From Terracidiphilus sp. (GTDB lineage: Bacteria; Acidobacteriota; Terriglobia; Terriglobales; Acidobacteriaceae), in contig DATKGE010000223.1 in NCBI GenBank assembly GCA_035510955.1, forward strand, positions 4,199-68,198: 64,000 nt of DNA. Direction: 5' to 3'. The notes under the pieces were generated by a model that was not told where the DNA came from, did no database searches, and saw only the letters and a program-made list of their open reading frames with translations. How positions within the stretch are numbered: position 1 is the first letter of the stretch; each line of letters begins with the position of its first letter. Positions 40,415 through 50,328 of this stretch are shown here, one piece after another. A program made the translations under genes and the position numbers.

Positions 40415-41545
40415 CTATCTTCTCAAGCGCGCGTACAGGACGCCGGCGCCGGCGCGCTTGATGATGCAGACGGAGTTCAGGTCGCACTTATAGTGGATGT
40501 TTGCAGGCACGTCCTGCCACGCCGCCAGATTGTTGCCGACGCTGAGCTTGTCCATGGCGAAGAATTTCCTTCCTCTGGTCTCCATCATTCCCTTGGAGAA
40601 GTCAAACGCGACTAATTCGTCGTCTCCTTCGATGGCGTAGGCCGTGGGAGCTACCGGCGGTTTCCTTTTTGACTTCCTGCGGGTAGCCGGGGACTTGCCG
40701 CTGGCCAGGTCTTGAGCAGACGGAGCGTTTTCATCCGCGCCCGAGAGGTGATTCTGCAATTCGGCCTGCTCGTTCATGGTCAGAAAATTTGGCGTAAAAC
40801 TCCAGGAAGCGGTGCGATCGAATACCTGCCGCGGGCAGGGCATCTCTCCCTGGGCGGTTATTGAATCAGTTTGCCCATCGCGGCCGAGGTCATTCTGAAA
40901 GACGTCCTGATCGTGCTCCCTGGTGAGTTCCTGAGCTTCCGAGTGGGCAAGATCGAGCGCTTGCGCAGCTTTGGTGGGTTGATCGCCGGCGGCGGCCGTC
41001 CCTGCCTGGGATTTACCGTCGGATGCCGCGAGAGCAGCGGCCTGCTCAGGATCGAATTTCAACAGGACAGTCTTGCCGCATAGCACGGAGCCATGGGAAT
41101 CCTTGAGCTGAATATCGACGGAAAGCGGACGCGGAGCATTGTTGACGGTTTGCGAAAACCCGGCAAGATGCACCGGATCGCTGGGTTCGACTACCAGGCG
41201 GTATCCGAGTTTCTGATTCCAGTTGAGGACAAGATGACCGGTCAGCCCATCCGCGTTGGAGATGACCGTTCCCAAATCGTATGGACTGCTTCGGGCGCCC
41301 GGCCCCAAGGCAATGAGAGCAACCGTGACACCAACCACAATCCCGAGTATCGCGGCAACGGCGGCGTAGATGTAGATGGTGTTTACCGCAGGGGGTGAGG
41401 ATGCAGCGGCGGGTGGAAGCGGGGCCGCGCCGGCGATCGCGTCGCCTGAATGCTGGAGGGTCTCATCGGCCGTCACGGTCTGCGGAACCTGCTGAGGGAC
41501 GTCGGCGGTCACGCCCGTGTAACCTTGCGGGGTTTCTTCTGCCAT
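40415..41545 (-). CDS. Membrane-anchored hypothetical protein with C-terminal AIEGD...HY.CD...C domain
   Basis: One TM helix; C-terminal ~75 aa homologous to 41842-42594; AAGGA RBS. Confidence 0.8.
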   Translation of the reverse strand: MAEETPQGYTGVTADVPQQVPQTVTADETLQHSGDAIAGAAPLPPAAASSPPAVNTIYIYAAVAAILGIVVGVTVALIALGPGARSSPYDLGTVISNADGLTGHLVLNWNQKLGYRLVVEPSDPVHLAGFSQTVNNAPRPLSVDIQLKDSHGSVLCGKTVLLKFDPEQAAALAASDGKSQAGTAAAGDQPTKAAQALDLAHSEAQELTREHDQDVFQNDLGRDGQTDSITAQGEMPCPRQVFDRTASWSFTPNFLTMNEQAELQNHLSGADENAPSAQDLASGKSPATRRKSKRKPPVAPTAYAIEGDDELVAFDFSKGMMETRGRKFFAMDKLSVGNNLAAWQDVPANIHYKCDLNSVCIIKRAGAGVLYARLRR

Positions 41546-41841
41546 CCGGAGCGTTCCTTTCCCGGGCTGTCCGACACTCGACTTCTGGAGTTAATTCAAT
41601 TGGACCACGCATCGGGTTCCGTGGAACCGGCAATCCATAGCGGGGGATATTCTCTGTCACTGGCAGAAGCAGAATGAAAGATCAATTTGTCGAGGAAACC
41701 TGGAGGCAGCGCACTCGCATCCGGGACAGCAGGCGTGCGCGATGAAAGCCGTCGCGCACTGAGTTATTCCGGCGGTCGACGCAGGCTGACGACTTATTCA
41801 ATCGGGAAGTAAGTAGACGAGGCGCGCGGAAACGTTGCGGC

Positions 41842-42594
41842 TTAGTGGGTCATTTTGGCGCTGGCCGCAGCGCCCTGATGAACCAGCGTGCAGTTGCCGT
41901 CTCCGTCACAGCGGTAGTGGACGTTGAAGGGATAGTCGTCCCAGGGGATGGCGTCGGGCTGGCCACCTGTCTTGTCGAGGACGAAGGCGCTGCCTTCGCG
42001 GGTTCCGATGGTTCCCATGGCCACGTCGTAGCTGGCTACGGTGACGTCCCCTTCGATGGCCACGAAAAATGGGCCTTGCGCGGCGGCGGCGGTTGCCAGC
42101 TCCAACGCTGTGGGCGCGTCGGCAGGTGCGGGGGGGTTGGGGGAGACATATGGCTTGCGCCTGGGGGCTTTGCGGCTGCCGGAGCCTTTGGCCCATTTCC
42201 ACAGCTTGTGGATGCCGCTTTTCTTGTGGGCCGGCGTTGCGTTGCTGGTGGATTGCTTGCTTACCGGCGACGACCGGGGAGCCCCGGAAGCGGCCTTCTT
42301 CTGGTTTTCCACCTGACTCAAAAGGGATGAGGTGGCGGCGGCGTAGACAGGCGGAACAGGGCTGGCTCCGGAGGTATGCGTAGCGAGCGCTTGAGAAACC
42401 CGCGGTGGCGCGCCAGCCTTGGAGTGGTGTGCGGTGAAAGCGATTCCGACGCCGACCAGCAAACCGACGGCGGCGGCTGCGGCGACGTAAGAAATGGTTG
42501 AATTCCCAATTTCCTTGGAGCGGTCGACAGGAACAAACGGTCGATAACCGGCGGAATTTCCCGGTTTTGGTTGCTCCTGGTGTGGATCTTCCAT
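41842..42594 (-). CDS. Membrane-anchored hypothetical protein, paralog of 40415-41545
   Basis: One TM helix, low-complexity linker, same C-terminal domain; AAGGAG RBS. Confidence 0.8.
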   Translation of the reverse strand: MEDPHQEQPKPGNSAGYRPFVPVDRSKEIGNSTISYVAAAAAVGLLVGVGIAFTAHHSKAGAPPRVSQALATHTSGASPVPPVYAAATSSLLSQVENQKKAASGAPRSSPVSKQSTSNATPAHKKSGIHKLWKWAKGSGSRKAPRRKPYVSPNPPAPADAPTALELATAAAAQGPFFVAIEGDVTVASYDVAMGTIGTREGSAFVLDKTGGQPDAIPWDDYPFNVHYRCDGDGNCTLVHQGAAASAKMTH

Positions 42595-42751
42595 CGGGCA
42601 GCGCTCCTTGGCCGTAGTTCCTTTTTCCCTCTTCAGGCAGTCAACGTGATTTGACCACTCATCCGTGTTATCGGCAATGTCGCCAAAGAGTAAATTGCTT
42701 ACGCAATTGGTAATAAGGAGCTAATCACTTTGGGGCTGGCGAGTAACCCGA

Positions 42752-43297
42752 TCAGGGTTTTCCTTCCAGGACATCTCTGAGCGCGAAGCTGGTTTCGAGG
42801 CGCGTGACTCCGGGCAGCCGGGAGAGCTCGTTCTGATGGAGACGGCCATAGTCGTCAATTCCGGCGACGCGAACTTGCAGCATATAGTCGTACTGGCCGG
42901 CCATCAGGTGGCAGCTCACAATGCCCCTGGAGCGGCGGATGGCGGTCTCGAAGGCGGACAGTACGGGAGCCGACTGGCGCTCCAGCGTGACGCGAATGAA
43001 GACAGTCATGCGTTTGCCGAGCAGGCGGTCGTCGATTTGTGCGCGGTAACCGCGGATGGCTCCGGAGCCCTCAAGAGCCTGGATGCGGCGCGAGGCGGCA
43101 GAGGCCGACAGCCCTACGGCCTCGCCGACTTCGTAGTTGGTGGCGCGGCCGTGGCGCTCAAGGTGGTGCAGGATGGCTTCGTCCAGTTCGTCGAGGGCCA
43201 CGGTTACCAGCCCGGACGCGTATTCTGCCGCGGCTTGTGCGGAGCGCGCGCTCGATTGTTGCGTCAAGCGGAGATTTTTATCACGTTTCGTTCCCAT
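42752..43297 (-). CDS. Lrp/AsnC family regulator (AldR-like), divergent from ald
   Basis: LDELD.AIL..L...GR, VGLS.SA..RRI..LE..G.I.GY, G.YDY.L; the true start may lie downstream. Confidence 0.92.
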   Translation of the reverse strand: MGTKRDKNLRLTQQSSARSAQAAAEYASGLVTVALDELDEAILHHLERHGRATNYEVGEAVGLSASAASRRIQALEGSGAIRGYRAQIDDRLLGKRMTVFIRVTLERQSAPVLSAFETAIRRSRGIVSCHLMAGQYDYMLQVRVAGIDDYGRLHQNELSRLPGVTRLETSFALRDVLEGKP

Positions 43298-43527
43298 AAG
43301 GCACTTTTATCACGAAGATTGCACACATTGGAAGAGGTTTGCGCCGTAGGATTCTTTTGAGATGAGCTTCAGATGTGCTCCCGGCGCCGGAACAGCCCTC
43401 CCCAAAAGCAACCAGAACGGCGCCGGGCTTTTATTGCCGGCTGGACTCTTGAGTTCTACGGTTGAGGCACGTCGATTCGCCCAATGACCTCGACCCGCAT
43501 CCAAACTTTCAGACAGGAGACTCAGCG

Positions 43528-44643
43528 ATGATTATTGGCGTTCCCAAGGAGATCAAGGACAACGAGGCGCGGGTGGCAGTCACTCCGGCGGGCGTGAAGG
43601 CCCTGACCGAGGCCGGGCACACGGTGCTGGTGGAGACCGAGGCCGGTGCGCAGTCGGGGTTTGACGACGCCGAGTACCAGAATGCCGGTGCTGAGATTGT
43701 GGGCGAAGCGGGTTGCGCGTGGGGCAAGGCCGACCTGGTGGTGAAGGTGAAGGAGCCCATTGAGAGTGAGTACGTATTCTTTCGCGAGGGGCTGGTGCTG
43801 TTTACCTATCTGCACCTGGCGCCGCTGCCGGGGTTGACGGACGAACTGCTGAAGAAGAAGGTGATCGGGATTGCGTATGAGACGGTGCGCGACCGCCAGA
43901 ACACGCTGCCGTTGCTGACGCCGATGAGCGAGGTTGCGGGCCGCATGAGCGTGCAGGTGGGGGCCACGTATCTCGAAAAGGAACGCGGCGGGCGCGGGAT
44001 TCTGCTGGGCGGCGTTCCGGGCGTGGCGCCGGCCAACGTGACCATTATTGGCGGCGGCGTGGTGGGCACCAACGCGGCCAAGATCGCTCTGGGCTTTGGC
44101 GCGAAAGTTACCCTCGTTGACGTGAGCATGAACCGGCTGCGTGAACTGGACGACATCTTCGGCGGGAGGCTGTATACGCTGGCCTCGAACAGCTACAACG
44201 TGGCGCAGGCAACGAGGGAGGCGGACCTGGTGATTGGCGGGGTGCTGATTCCGGGGGCCACGGCTCCCAAGATCGTGACCAGGGCGATGGTCTCGCAGAT
44301 GAAGAAGGGAGCGGTGATTGTGGATGTGGCCATTGACCAGGGCGGCTGCGTGGAGACGGCGCGGCCGACTTCGCACTCCAACCCCAGCTACAAGGTGGAT
44401 GGCGTGGTGCACTACTGCGTGACCAACATGCCCGGTGCGGTGCCGCACACTTCAACGCTGGCCCTGACCAACTCGACCTTCCCCTATTTGCTGCGCATCG
44501 CCATCCTGGGCGCGCGCGCGGCGCTCAGGCAGGACGCAGGGCTGGCGGAGGGGCTCAATACCTGGGAGGGCGTATTGACGCATCGGGGCGTGGCCGAGAG
44601 CCAGCAACGGCCCTGGACGGCGGCGGCAAGCGTGATTGCTTAG
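43528..44643 (+). CDS. ald: Alanine dehydrogenase
   Basis: [49 protein letters not shown]. Confidence 0.96.
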   Translation: MIIGVPKEIKDNEARVAVTPAGVKALTEAGHTVLVETEAGAQSGFDDAEYQNAGAEIVGEAGCAWGKADLVVKVKEPIESEYVFFREGLVLFTYLHLAPLPGLTDELLKKKVIGIAYETVRDRQNTLPLLTPMSEVAGRMSVQVGATYLEKERGGRGILLGGVPGVAPANVTIIGGGVVGTNAAKIALGFGAKVTLVDVSMNRLRELDDIFGGRLYTLASNSYNVAQATREADLVIGGVLIPGATAPKIVTRAMVSQMKKGAVIVDVAIDQGGCVETARPTSHSNPSYKVDGVVHYCVTNMPGAVPHTSTLALTNSTFPYLLRIAILGARAALRQDAGLAEGLNTWEGVLTHRGVAESQQRPWTAAASVIA

Positions 44644-44647
44644 AGGC

Positions 44648-44677
44648 AGGGACGTAGGGACTGGGGACGTAGGGACT
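44648..44677 (+). repeat. Short tandem repeat (AGGGACGT/AGGGACT)
   Basis: agggacgt agggact ggggacgt agggact. Confidence 0.65.
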
Positions 44678-44739
44678 CGCTCGCGGTGCAGGCTGGTGGA
44701 CGGATGATGCGATAGACTGGTGTTTCGATTGGAGGCACC

Positions 44740-45528
44740 ATGGAACGGCGTCGGTTTCTTTCGGCATCGGTTGCGGCATCGGCTATTGCAATGACGGGGA
44801 GCGGGCAAGCGCAGACTCCGACGGGGCGCGAGTTTTACCAGATGCGGCGCTACGCGCTGCAGTCGGGCCCACAGACAAAGCTGACTGAGAGCTATTTTTC
44901 CGACGCGCTCATCCCGGCGGTGACGCGCATGGGGATGGGCCCGGTGGGCGCGCTACGGGTGGATTTTGGGCCGGAGACTCCGGCGTTTTACCTGCTCATT
45001 CCAGGCTCGTCTGTCCAAGCCCTTGCAGAACTGGATCTGCGTCTGGCGGAGGACGCGGTCTTCATGAAGGCTGCGGAGCCGTTCTGGGGTGCGACTGCGG
45101 CAGCGCCGGCGTTCGAGCGGGTAGAGTCCTCTCTGCTGGCGGCGTTTACGGGCTGGCCTCGCCTCACACCGCCGGCTTCAGCGGCCAGCAAGGCCAAGCG
45201 CATCTTTCAACTGCGCACGTATGAGAGCCCCAGCAACGGGGACCACGTGCGCAAGGTGGAGATGTTTCATTCCGGCGAATTCGAAATCTTTTTGAAGGCC
45301 GGGTTTCATCCGGTGTTTTTCGGAGACACACTGATCGGCTCGCGGATGCCGTGCCTGACCTACATGCTAAGCTTTGCCGACCAGGCGGAACTGGAAGCGT
45401 GCTGGAAATCATTCAGCAACGATCCGGATTGGAAGAAACTCTCGACCAGCCCGCGGTTTGCTTCGGACCAGCTCGTGACCAACATTACAAATTTGGTTTT
45501 GAGCCCGCTGGGGTGTTCGCAGATCTGA
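44740..45528 (+). CDS. Tat-exported NIPSNAP family protein
   Basis: MERRRFL signal; two NIPSNAP-like halves (YQMRRY, FQLRTYES; W..F.NDPDWKKL). Confidence 0.88.
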   Translation: MERRRFLSASVAASAIAMTGSGQAQTPTGREFYQMRRYALQSGPQTKLTESYFSDALIPAVTRMGMGPVGALRVDFGPETPAFYLLIPGSSVQALAELDLRLAEDAVFMKAAEPFWGATAAAPAFERVESSLLAAFTGWPRLTPPASAASKAKRIFQLRTYESPSNGDHVRKVEMFHSGEFEIFLKAGFHPVFFGDTLIGSRMPCLTYMLSFADQAELEACWKSFSNDPDWKKLSTSPRFASDQLVTNITNLVLSPLGCSQI

Positions 45529-45590
45529 GATACAGCCGAGTCATCAAATCGGCAGGTCGGCAAAGACGACCGGCGCGAGTGTCGTTGGCC

Positions 45591-45633
45591 TCCCACCCTT
45601 TCCGCCAAAGGACGCAGAAAGGATGGGGCACCC
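45591..45633 (-). repeat. REP-like element family A copy 4 (inverted)
   Basis: Minus strand gggtgccccatcctttctgc...gcggaaagggtggga. Confidence 0.8.
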
Positions 45634-45705
45634 GATCGTGATTTGACGCGATAGAGCTTCCCGGAATTTCCGTCCGGCCCCTGCGAACCGCTCTATAATC
45701 GGCGC

Positions 45706-48012
45706 ATGTCTTTTGGTGGCGATCCGCGGCGACGATCCATTGCGCTGATGGGGGGCGGAGTGGTGCTGGTGCTCGCATTTCTGGGGGCGCTGCAGGCGTT
45801 CAACCCTTTCCCTTTGGGCTTTCTGAATCCCGAGACATCGGGAGAGACACTGACTTTTACAGCGTTGATCGTGCTGCTGTTTCTGGGGCTGGTGGCGCTG
45901 TCGATGCTGCTGCTCAGGGACGTCCTGAAGACCTACGCTGGGCAGAGCAGCAGCGTGCTGGGATCGCGGCTGAGGACGCGCATGATGCTGGGCGCGGCGC
46001 TGATTTCGCTGCTTCCGGCGATTTTCATGTTCTGGTTCAGCTTCGGGCTGCTGAACCGCTCCATTGACCGCTGGTTCTCGCAGCCCACATCGGAGATACG
46101 CGAGGACTCAACCCGCGTGGTGCTGGAACTGGCCCACTATGTCACCAACAATGCGCGTGTCGAAGCGCAATCCATTGCCGCCGCTGGAACTCCGGACCAG
46201 GATCAGCCCAGACTCCTGGACGGACTTGTATCGCACCGAATCACGCTGGCCGGTGGTTTTGCGGTGGTGTATGACAAGGATTCGAAGATGCTGGCCTCCT
46301 TTCAGGCTCCGCCGGAGGCGAGCCAAGCAAGCCTGCACCCCTGGCTGAACGAAACCGAGCAGGGAACGGTCGTTCCACTTGCCGGGCCGTTCTCCCAAAA
46401 CCTGTTGGCTGCGGCGCAACGCAGCGATGAGCCGGTGCTTGGCGTTGCGGGTCAGGAGTATGCCCTGGGCATGGCGGCGACCGGCTCGGGAAAGATCGTG
46501 GTGGTTGCGCTGCCGATGCCGCAGGGGCTGGGGCAGACGGCGATGCGCATCCGCGCCGGCGCGAACGAATACTGGAAGCTGTTCCGCAAGCGCAACAGCA
46601 TTCGCACGGTTTTCATCCTGCTGCTGCTGGTGATTACGGTGTTCGTGTTTTTCTCGAGCGTATGGCTGGCGCGGTTTCTTTCCAAGCAGATTACGCAGCC
46701 GGTGGAGGCGTTGGCCGACGCCATGGACGAGATTGCCGCCGGCAAGTACGACCACCGCGTTCGGGTGATTGCCACCGGAGAGATGGGCGACCTGGTGCGC
46801 GCTTTCAACCACATGGCGGCGGACCTGGAAACGAGCCGCTCTCTGGCGGAGAGCTCCTCCGCGCAACTGACGGGGGCCAACCAGGCCATTGAAGAGCGGC
46901 GGCGGGAACTGGAGACGATTGTGGAGACGATTCCCGGCGGCGTGGTGACGCTGGATGGATCGGGAGCGGTCCTGCAATCGAATCGCGCATTTGCCGCCCT
47001 GATGGGGAGGCGCGAGGACGTGAGCCTGGCTGGCGAGAGTATCAAGACTCTGCTCCCGGCCGAGTGCTGGGAAGACCTGGCGGGAGTGATCCGGCGTGGT
47101 CATCGCATGGGCGCGGCGTCCACTGAGATTGAGCTGCAGGCCCGCGGCCGGACCATTCACCTTGGGGTGACCAGCGCGCGGCTGGAACTGGCGCACGGGC
47201 AGCACGGGACGGTGCTGGTGATGGAGGACATGACCGAGCTGCTGAGGGCGCAGCGGCAACTTGCGTGGAAGGAAGTGGCGCAGCGCGTGGCCCACGAGAT
47301 CAAGAATCCGCTCACTCCCATTGCGCTTTCCGCCGAGCGCATCGGCAGGCACGTGGAGCGCCGGCAGCCGGACTCGCTGCAGGTGATTCAAAAATGCAGC
47401 GAGGTGATTCTGGGCTGCGTGGGGACCCTTCGGACTCTGGTGGACCAGTTCTCGGCGCTGGCGCAGTTTCCCGCGCCGCAGCCGCGGGCCTGCGACATGA
47501 ACCGCGTAGCCGAAGAGGCGCTGGCGATGTTTGCCGGCCGCCTCGACGGGATCACGGTGAAGTGGGACCTTGAGCCCGATTTGCCCGTGGTTCTGGCCGA
47601 TCCCGAAGGCATGCGGCGTGCTTTGGCCAACTTGATCGACAATGCCGCCGAGGCCATGCAGGGCAGTTTGTTGCGCGTGCTGGGCATTCACAGTTCTCTC
47701 AGCGAGGATGGCGGCTCGGTGGAGGTTGCGGTCTCCGACACCGGACATGGGCTGACCGACGAGATACGCGAGCGGCTGTTTCTGCCGTTCTACTCCACCA
47801 AGAGCCGGGGCACGGGGCTGGGATTGTCGATTGCGGCCAAGATTGTTCAGGAGCACGGCGGCAGCCTGCGCGCCGAGTCGAACAGCCCCAAGGGCGCGCG
47901 GTTTCTGCTTCGGCTGCCGCTGATGGAGCCGGGCGCTGGAGCCCAGCCGGTGCTTGTCCAGGCGGCGTCCGAAGAATCGGGTGAGACGGTGGTCAAGGCG
48001 CTGCCTTCATGA
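45706..48012 (+). CDS. ntrY: NtrY-like sensor histidine kinase (TM, HAMP, PAS, HisKA, HATPase)
   Basis: SIDRWF, HAMP, AW.EVAQRVAHEIKNPLTPI.LSAER, NLIDNA.EA, GTGLGL. Confidence 0.9.
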   Translation: MSFGGDPRRRSIALMGGGVVLVLAFLGALQAFNPFPLGFLNPETSGETLTFTALIVLLFLGLVALSMLLLRDVLKTYAGQSSSVLGSRLRTRMMLGAALISLLPAIFMFWFSFGLLNRSIDRWFSQPTSEIREDSTRVVLELAHYVTNNARVEAQSIAAAGTPDQDQPRLLDGLVSHRITLAGGFAVVYDKDSKMLASFQAPPEASQASLHPWLNETEQGTVVPLAGPFSQNLLAAAQRSDEPVLGVAGQEYALGMAATGSGKIVVVALPMPQGLGQTAMRIRAGANEYWKLFRKRNSIRTVFILLLLVITVFVFFSSVWLARFLSKQITQPVEALADAMDEIAAGKYDHRVRVIATGEMGDLVRAFNHMAADLETSRSLAESSSAQLTGANQAIEERRRELETIVETIPGGVVTLDGSGAVLQSNRAFAALMGRREDVSLAGESIKTLLPAECWEDLAGVIRRGHRMGAASTEIELQARGRTIHLGVTSARLELAHGQHGTVLVMEDMTELLRAQRQLAWKEVAQRVAHEIKNPLTPIALSAERIGRHVERRQPDSLQVIQKCSEVILGCVGTLRTLVDQFSALAQFPAPQPRACDMNRVAEEALAMFAGRLDGITVKWDLEPDLPVVLADPEGMRRALANLIDNAAEAMQGSLLRVLGIHSSLSEDGGSVEVAVSDTGHGLTDEIRERLFLPFYSTKSRGTGLGLSIAAKIVQEHGGSLRAESNSPKGARFLLRLPLMEPGAGAQPVLVQAASEESGETVVKALPS

Positions 48013-49364
48013 ATCACATCCTGGTGGTGGACGACGAATCGGAGATTCGTAATTCTCTGGAGGACATTCTGCGCGAGGAGGGCTACGGGGTTGCGACGGC
48101 GGCCACGGCAGCGGAGGCCCTGGTGCTGCTGCGGGACACGCCCTACGACGTGGTTCTGCTGGACATCTGGCTGCCCGACCGCGACGGGCTGGATGTGCTG
48201 GCCGATATGCACCAGCTGGCCGTGGAGATGCGGCCGGAAGTGGTGATCATCAGCGGCCACGGCACCATTGAGACGGCGGTAAAGGCCACCAAGCTGGGCG
48301 CATACGATTTTCTCGAGAAGCCGCTATCGCTGGACCGCACGCTGATTGTGCTGAAAAATGCGGTGGAGGCGCGGCGGCTGCGCGCGGAGAACCAGGAGTT
48401 CAAACGGCAGTTCAGCGTGGGCCTGGTGCTGACCGGCGACAGCGTGCCGGTCAAGGCGCTGCGGCAGCAGATCCGGCTGATGGCGCCGACCAATGGGCGG
48501 GTGCTCATCTACGGCGAGTCGGGGACGGGCAAGGAACTGATTGCGCGCGCCATCCACGCCGAGAGCCTGCGGCGCGACCGGGTGTTTGTGGAACTGAACT
48601 GCGCGGCGATTCCGGAGGCGCACATTGAGGCGGAGCTGTTTGGCTACCGGCACGGGGCGCAGCCGGGCGGTCCGCCGGAACAGCGCGGGACGCTGGAGCG
48701 CGCCGACGGGGGAACGCTGTTTCTGGATGAAGTGGGCGACATGAGCCTGAAGACGCAGGCCAAGGTGCTGTCTGCGCTGGACGACCAGTTGTTTACGCCG
48801 GTGGGCGGAACGCAGCCGCTGCGGGTAGATGTACGGCTGATCGCGTCGACCAATAAAGACCTGGAGGAGGAGATTGCCAAGGGCAATTTTCGGGAGGATC
48901 TTTTTTACCGGCTCAATGTGGTTCCGTTTTTTGTGCCGCCGCTGCGCGAGCGTAAGCAGGATATTCCGCCGCTGGCCAAGGAGTTTCTGGCCGAATTTGG
49001 CCGCCAGTACGGACGCCCGCGGATGGAGATCGGCGAGGAGGCCCTGGCTACGCTGGGGGCATACCACTGGCCGGGCAACGTGCGCGAACTGAAGAATGTG
49101 ATCGAGCGGGTGATGATCCTGAATCCGCGCGTGCTGAGAATTGAACGGAAGCATCTGCCGCCGTTGACGCACAAGGCGGGGACGCGGTCGACAGAGGAGT
49201 TTTCGTCGCTGCAGCAGGCGCGCGACGCGTACGAGCGGGAGTACATCCTGAAGAAGATTGAAGAGGCGCGGAACAACATCAGCCACGCTGCGGAGTTGCT
49301 GGGCCTCGAGCGAAGCCACCTTTATCGCAAGATGAAGGCGTTGGGGATTGGCGTGCGGGAGTAG
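48009..49364 (+). CDS. ntrX: NtrX-like REC-AAA+-Fis response regulator
   Basis: LLDIWLP, ISGHGTIETAV, GESGTGKE, FLDEVG, WPGNVREL, HLYRKMK; GAFTGA loop replaced by GAQPGG. Confidence 0.88.
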   Translation: MNHILVVDDESEIRNSLEDILREEGYGVATAATAAEALVLLRDTPYDVVLLDIWLPDRDGLDVLADMHQLAVEMRPEVVIISGHGTIETAVKATKLGAYDFLEKPLSLDRTLIVLKNAVEARRLRAENQEFKRQFSVGLVLTGDSVPVKALRQQIRLMAPTNGRVLIYGESGTGKELIARAIHAESLRRDRVFVELNCAAIPEAHIEAELFGYRHGAQPGGPPEQRGTLERADGGTLFLDEVGDMSLKTQAKVLSALDDQLFTPVGGTQPLRVDVRLIASTNKDLEEEIAKGNFREDLFYRLNVVPFFVPPLRERKQDIPPLAKEFLAEFGRQYGRPRMEIGEEALATLGAYHWPGNVRELKNVIERVMILNPRVLRIERKHLPPLTHKAGTRSTEEFSSLQQARDAYEREYILKKIEEARNNISHAAELLGLERSHLYRKMKALGIGVRE

Positions 49365-49373
49365 CGAGCGAGC

Positions 49374-49418
49374 AGTGGGCGCGTCCCACTTGACTTCTGC
49401 TCCCACCTGTGCTAGTCT
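49374..49418 (+). promoter_or_regulatory. Sigma70 promoter/operator of the TA operon (leaderless)
   Basis: TTGACT(49390)-N17-TAGTCT(49413), ATG 6 nt later; AGTGGG/CCCACT IR abutting the -35 and further CCCAC copies. Confidence 0.7.
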
Positions 49419-49424
49419 CTCTCC

Positions 49425-49727
49425 ATGCCCACTTCCACGATCATCAAGGATTCCGATTTTGAGTTGGTCTCGGAGTTCGCGCAGCCCGACGCGAAAAAGC
49501 GCCTGTCGCTGGGAGAGGCCTTGCGCGAAGCTACGGCGTTCAATATTTATCGCAATCCGCTGGGCCAGCTCATCCTTGACCCGGTCAAGGCCGTTCCGGC
49601 TTCCGAGATGTGGCTCTACGAGAACGCGCAGGCGCTGGCCAGCGTGAAGCAGGGGCTGCGCGAGTCGGCTGAAGGGAGGAGCATTCATCGCGGGTCGTTT
49701 GCCAAATACGCCAAAGAAAAGAAATAG
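49425..49727 (+). CDS. Putative type II antitoxin (AbrB/SpoVT-like N-terminus)
   Basis: PDAKKRLSLG...G.LILDPV and E.WLY.N..A..SV..GL..S..G; directly upstream of a RelE-like gene. Confidence 0.7.
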   Translation: MPTSTIIKDSDFELVSEFAQPDAKKRLSLGEALREATAFNIYRNPLGQLILDPVKAVPASEMWLYENAQALASVKQGLRESAEGRSIHRGSFAKYAKEKK

Positions 49728-49780
49728 GAGCAAGAGATAGATAGGAAGAAGTCAAGACATAGATAGAAAGAGGTTCAGGT

Positions 49781-50098
49781 ATGGCACGCAAAATTAAATT
49801 CACGCCTACCGCGGATGAGCAGTTGAAGGCATTGGAAGGCGCGCCGTCGAATGCCGCGCTCTTCGAGCAGGTTCGGAAAGCCATTGGCCACCTGGAAATT
49901 GACCCGCACCACCCAAGCCTTCATACGCATGAGTTCACCTCTCTGATTGGCGCGAACGGTGAAAAAGTATTCGAAGCCTACGCCCAGAACTACACCCCTG
50001 GCGCCTATCGAATCTTCTGGCATTACGGCCCCGATGAAGCCAAGGGGAAAAAGCGAATTCCGGTCATCACGATCATTGCGATTACACGCCATCCATAG
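49781..50098 (+). CDS. RelE/ParE-superfamily toxin
   Basis: I.FT.TA..QL..L, L..DP.HPSL.TH, AYRIFW.YGP, I.IIAIT.HP. Confidence 0.78.
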   Translation: MARKIKFTPTADEQLKALEGAPSNAALFEQVRKAIGHLEIDPHHPSLHTHEFTSLIGANGEKVFEAYAQNYTPGAYRIFWHYGPDEAKGKKRIPVITIIAITRHP

Positions 50099-50154
50099 AA
50101 AACAGACGGGTTCCCAAGCCTCGCGTTGAGAACCCTGGGGTCGCACACTGGAAT

Positions 50155-50291
50155 TGTCCGGAAGCGGACAGTAAGGTTGCGAAAGTGGACGGGTGCAGGC
50201 TGTGGGCGAGTTAAAGGCCTGCGGCGAACTTCTTGCCGGCGAACGACTTGAGGGGATTTTGACCAGTCAAGACTTTGGCGGTTAAATTGCA
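50155..50291 (+). promoter_or_regulatory. Sigma54-type promoter with an upstream palindromic enhancer candidate
   Basis: TGGCGGTTAAATTGCA (50276-50291; GG-N10-GC); TGTCCG-N4-CGGACA at 50155-50170. Confidence 0.55.
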
Positions 50292-50328
50292 GATATCTTG
50301 ATTGGAAGAGTCTCTATGGAGGCGTGCC

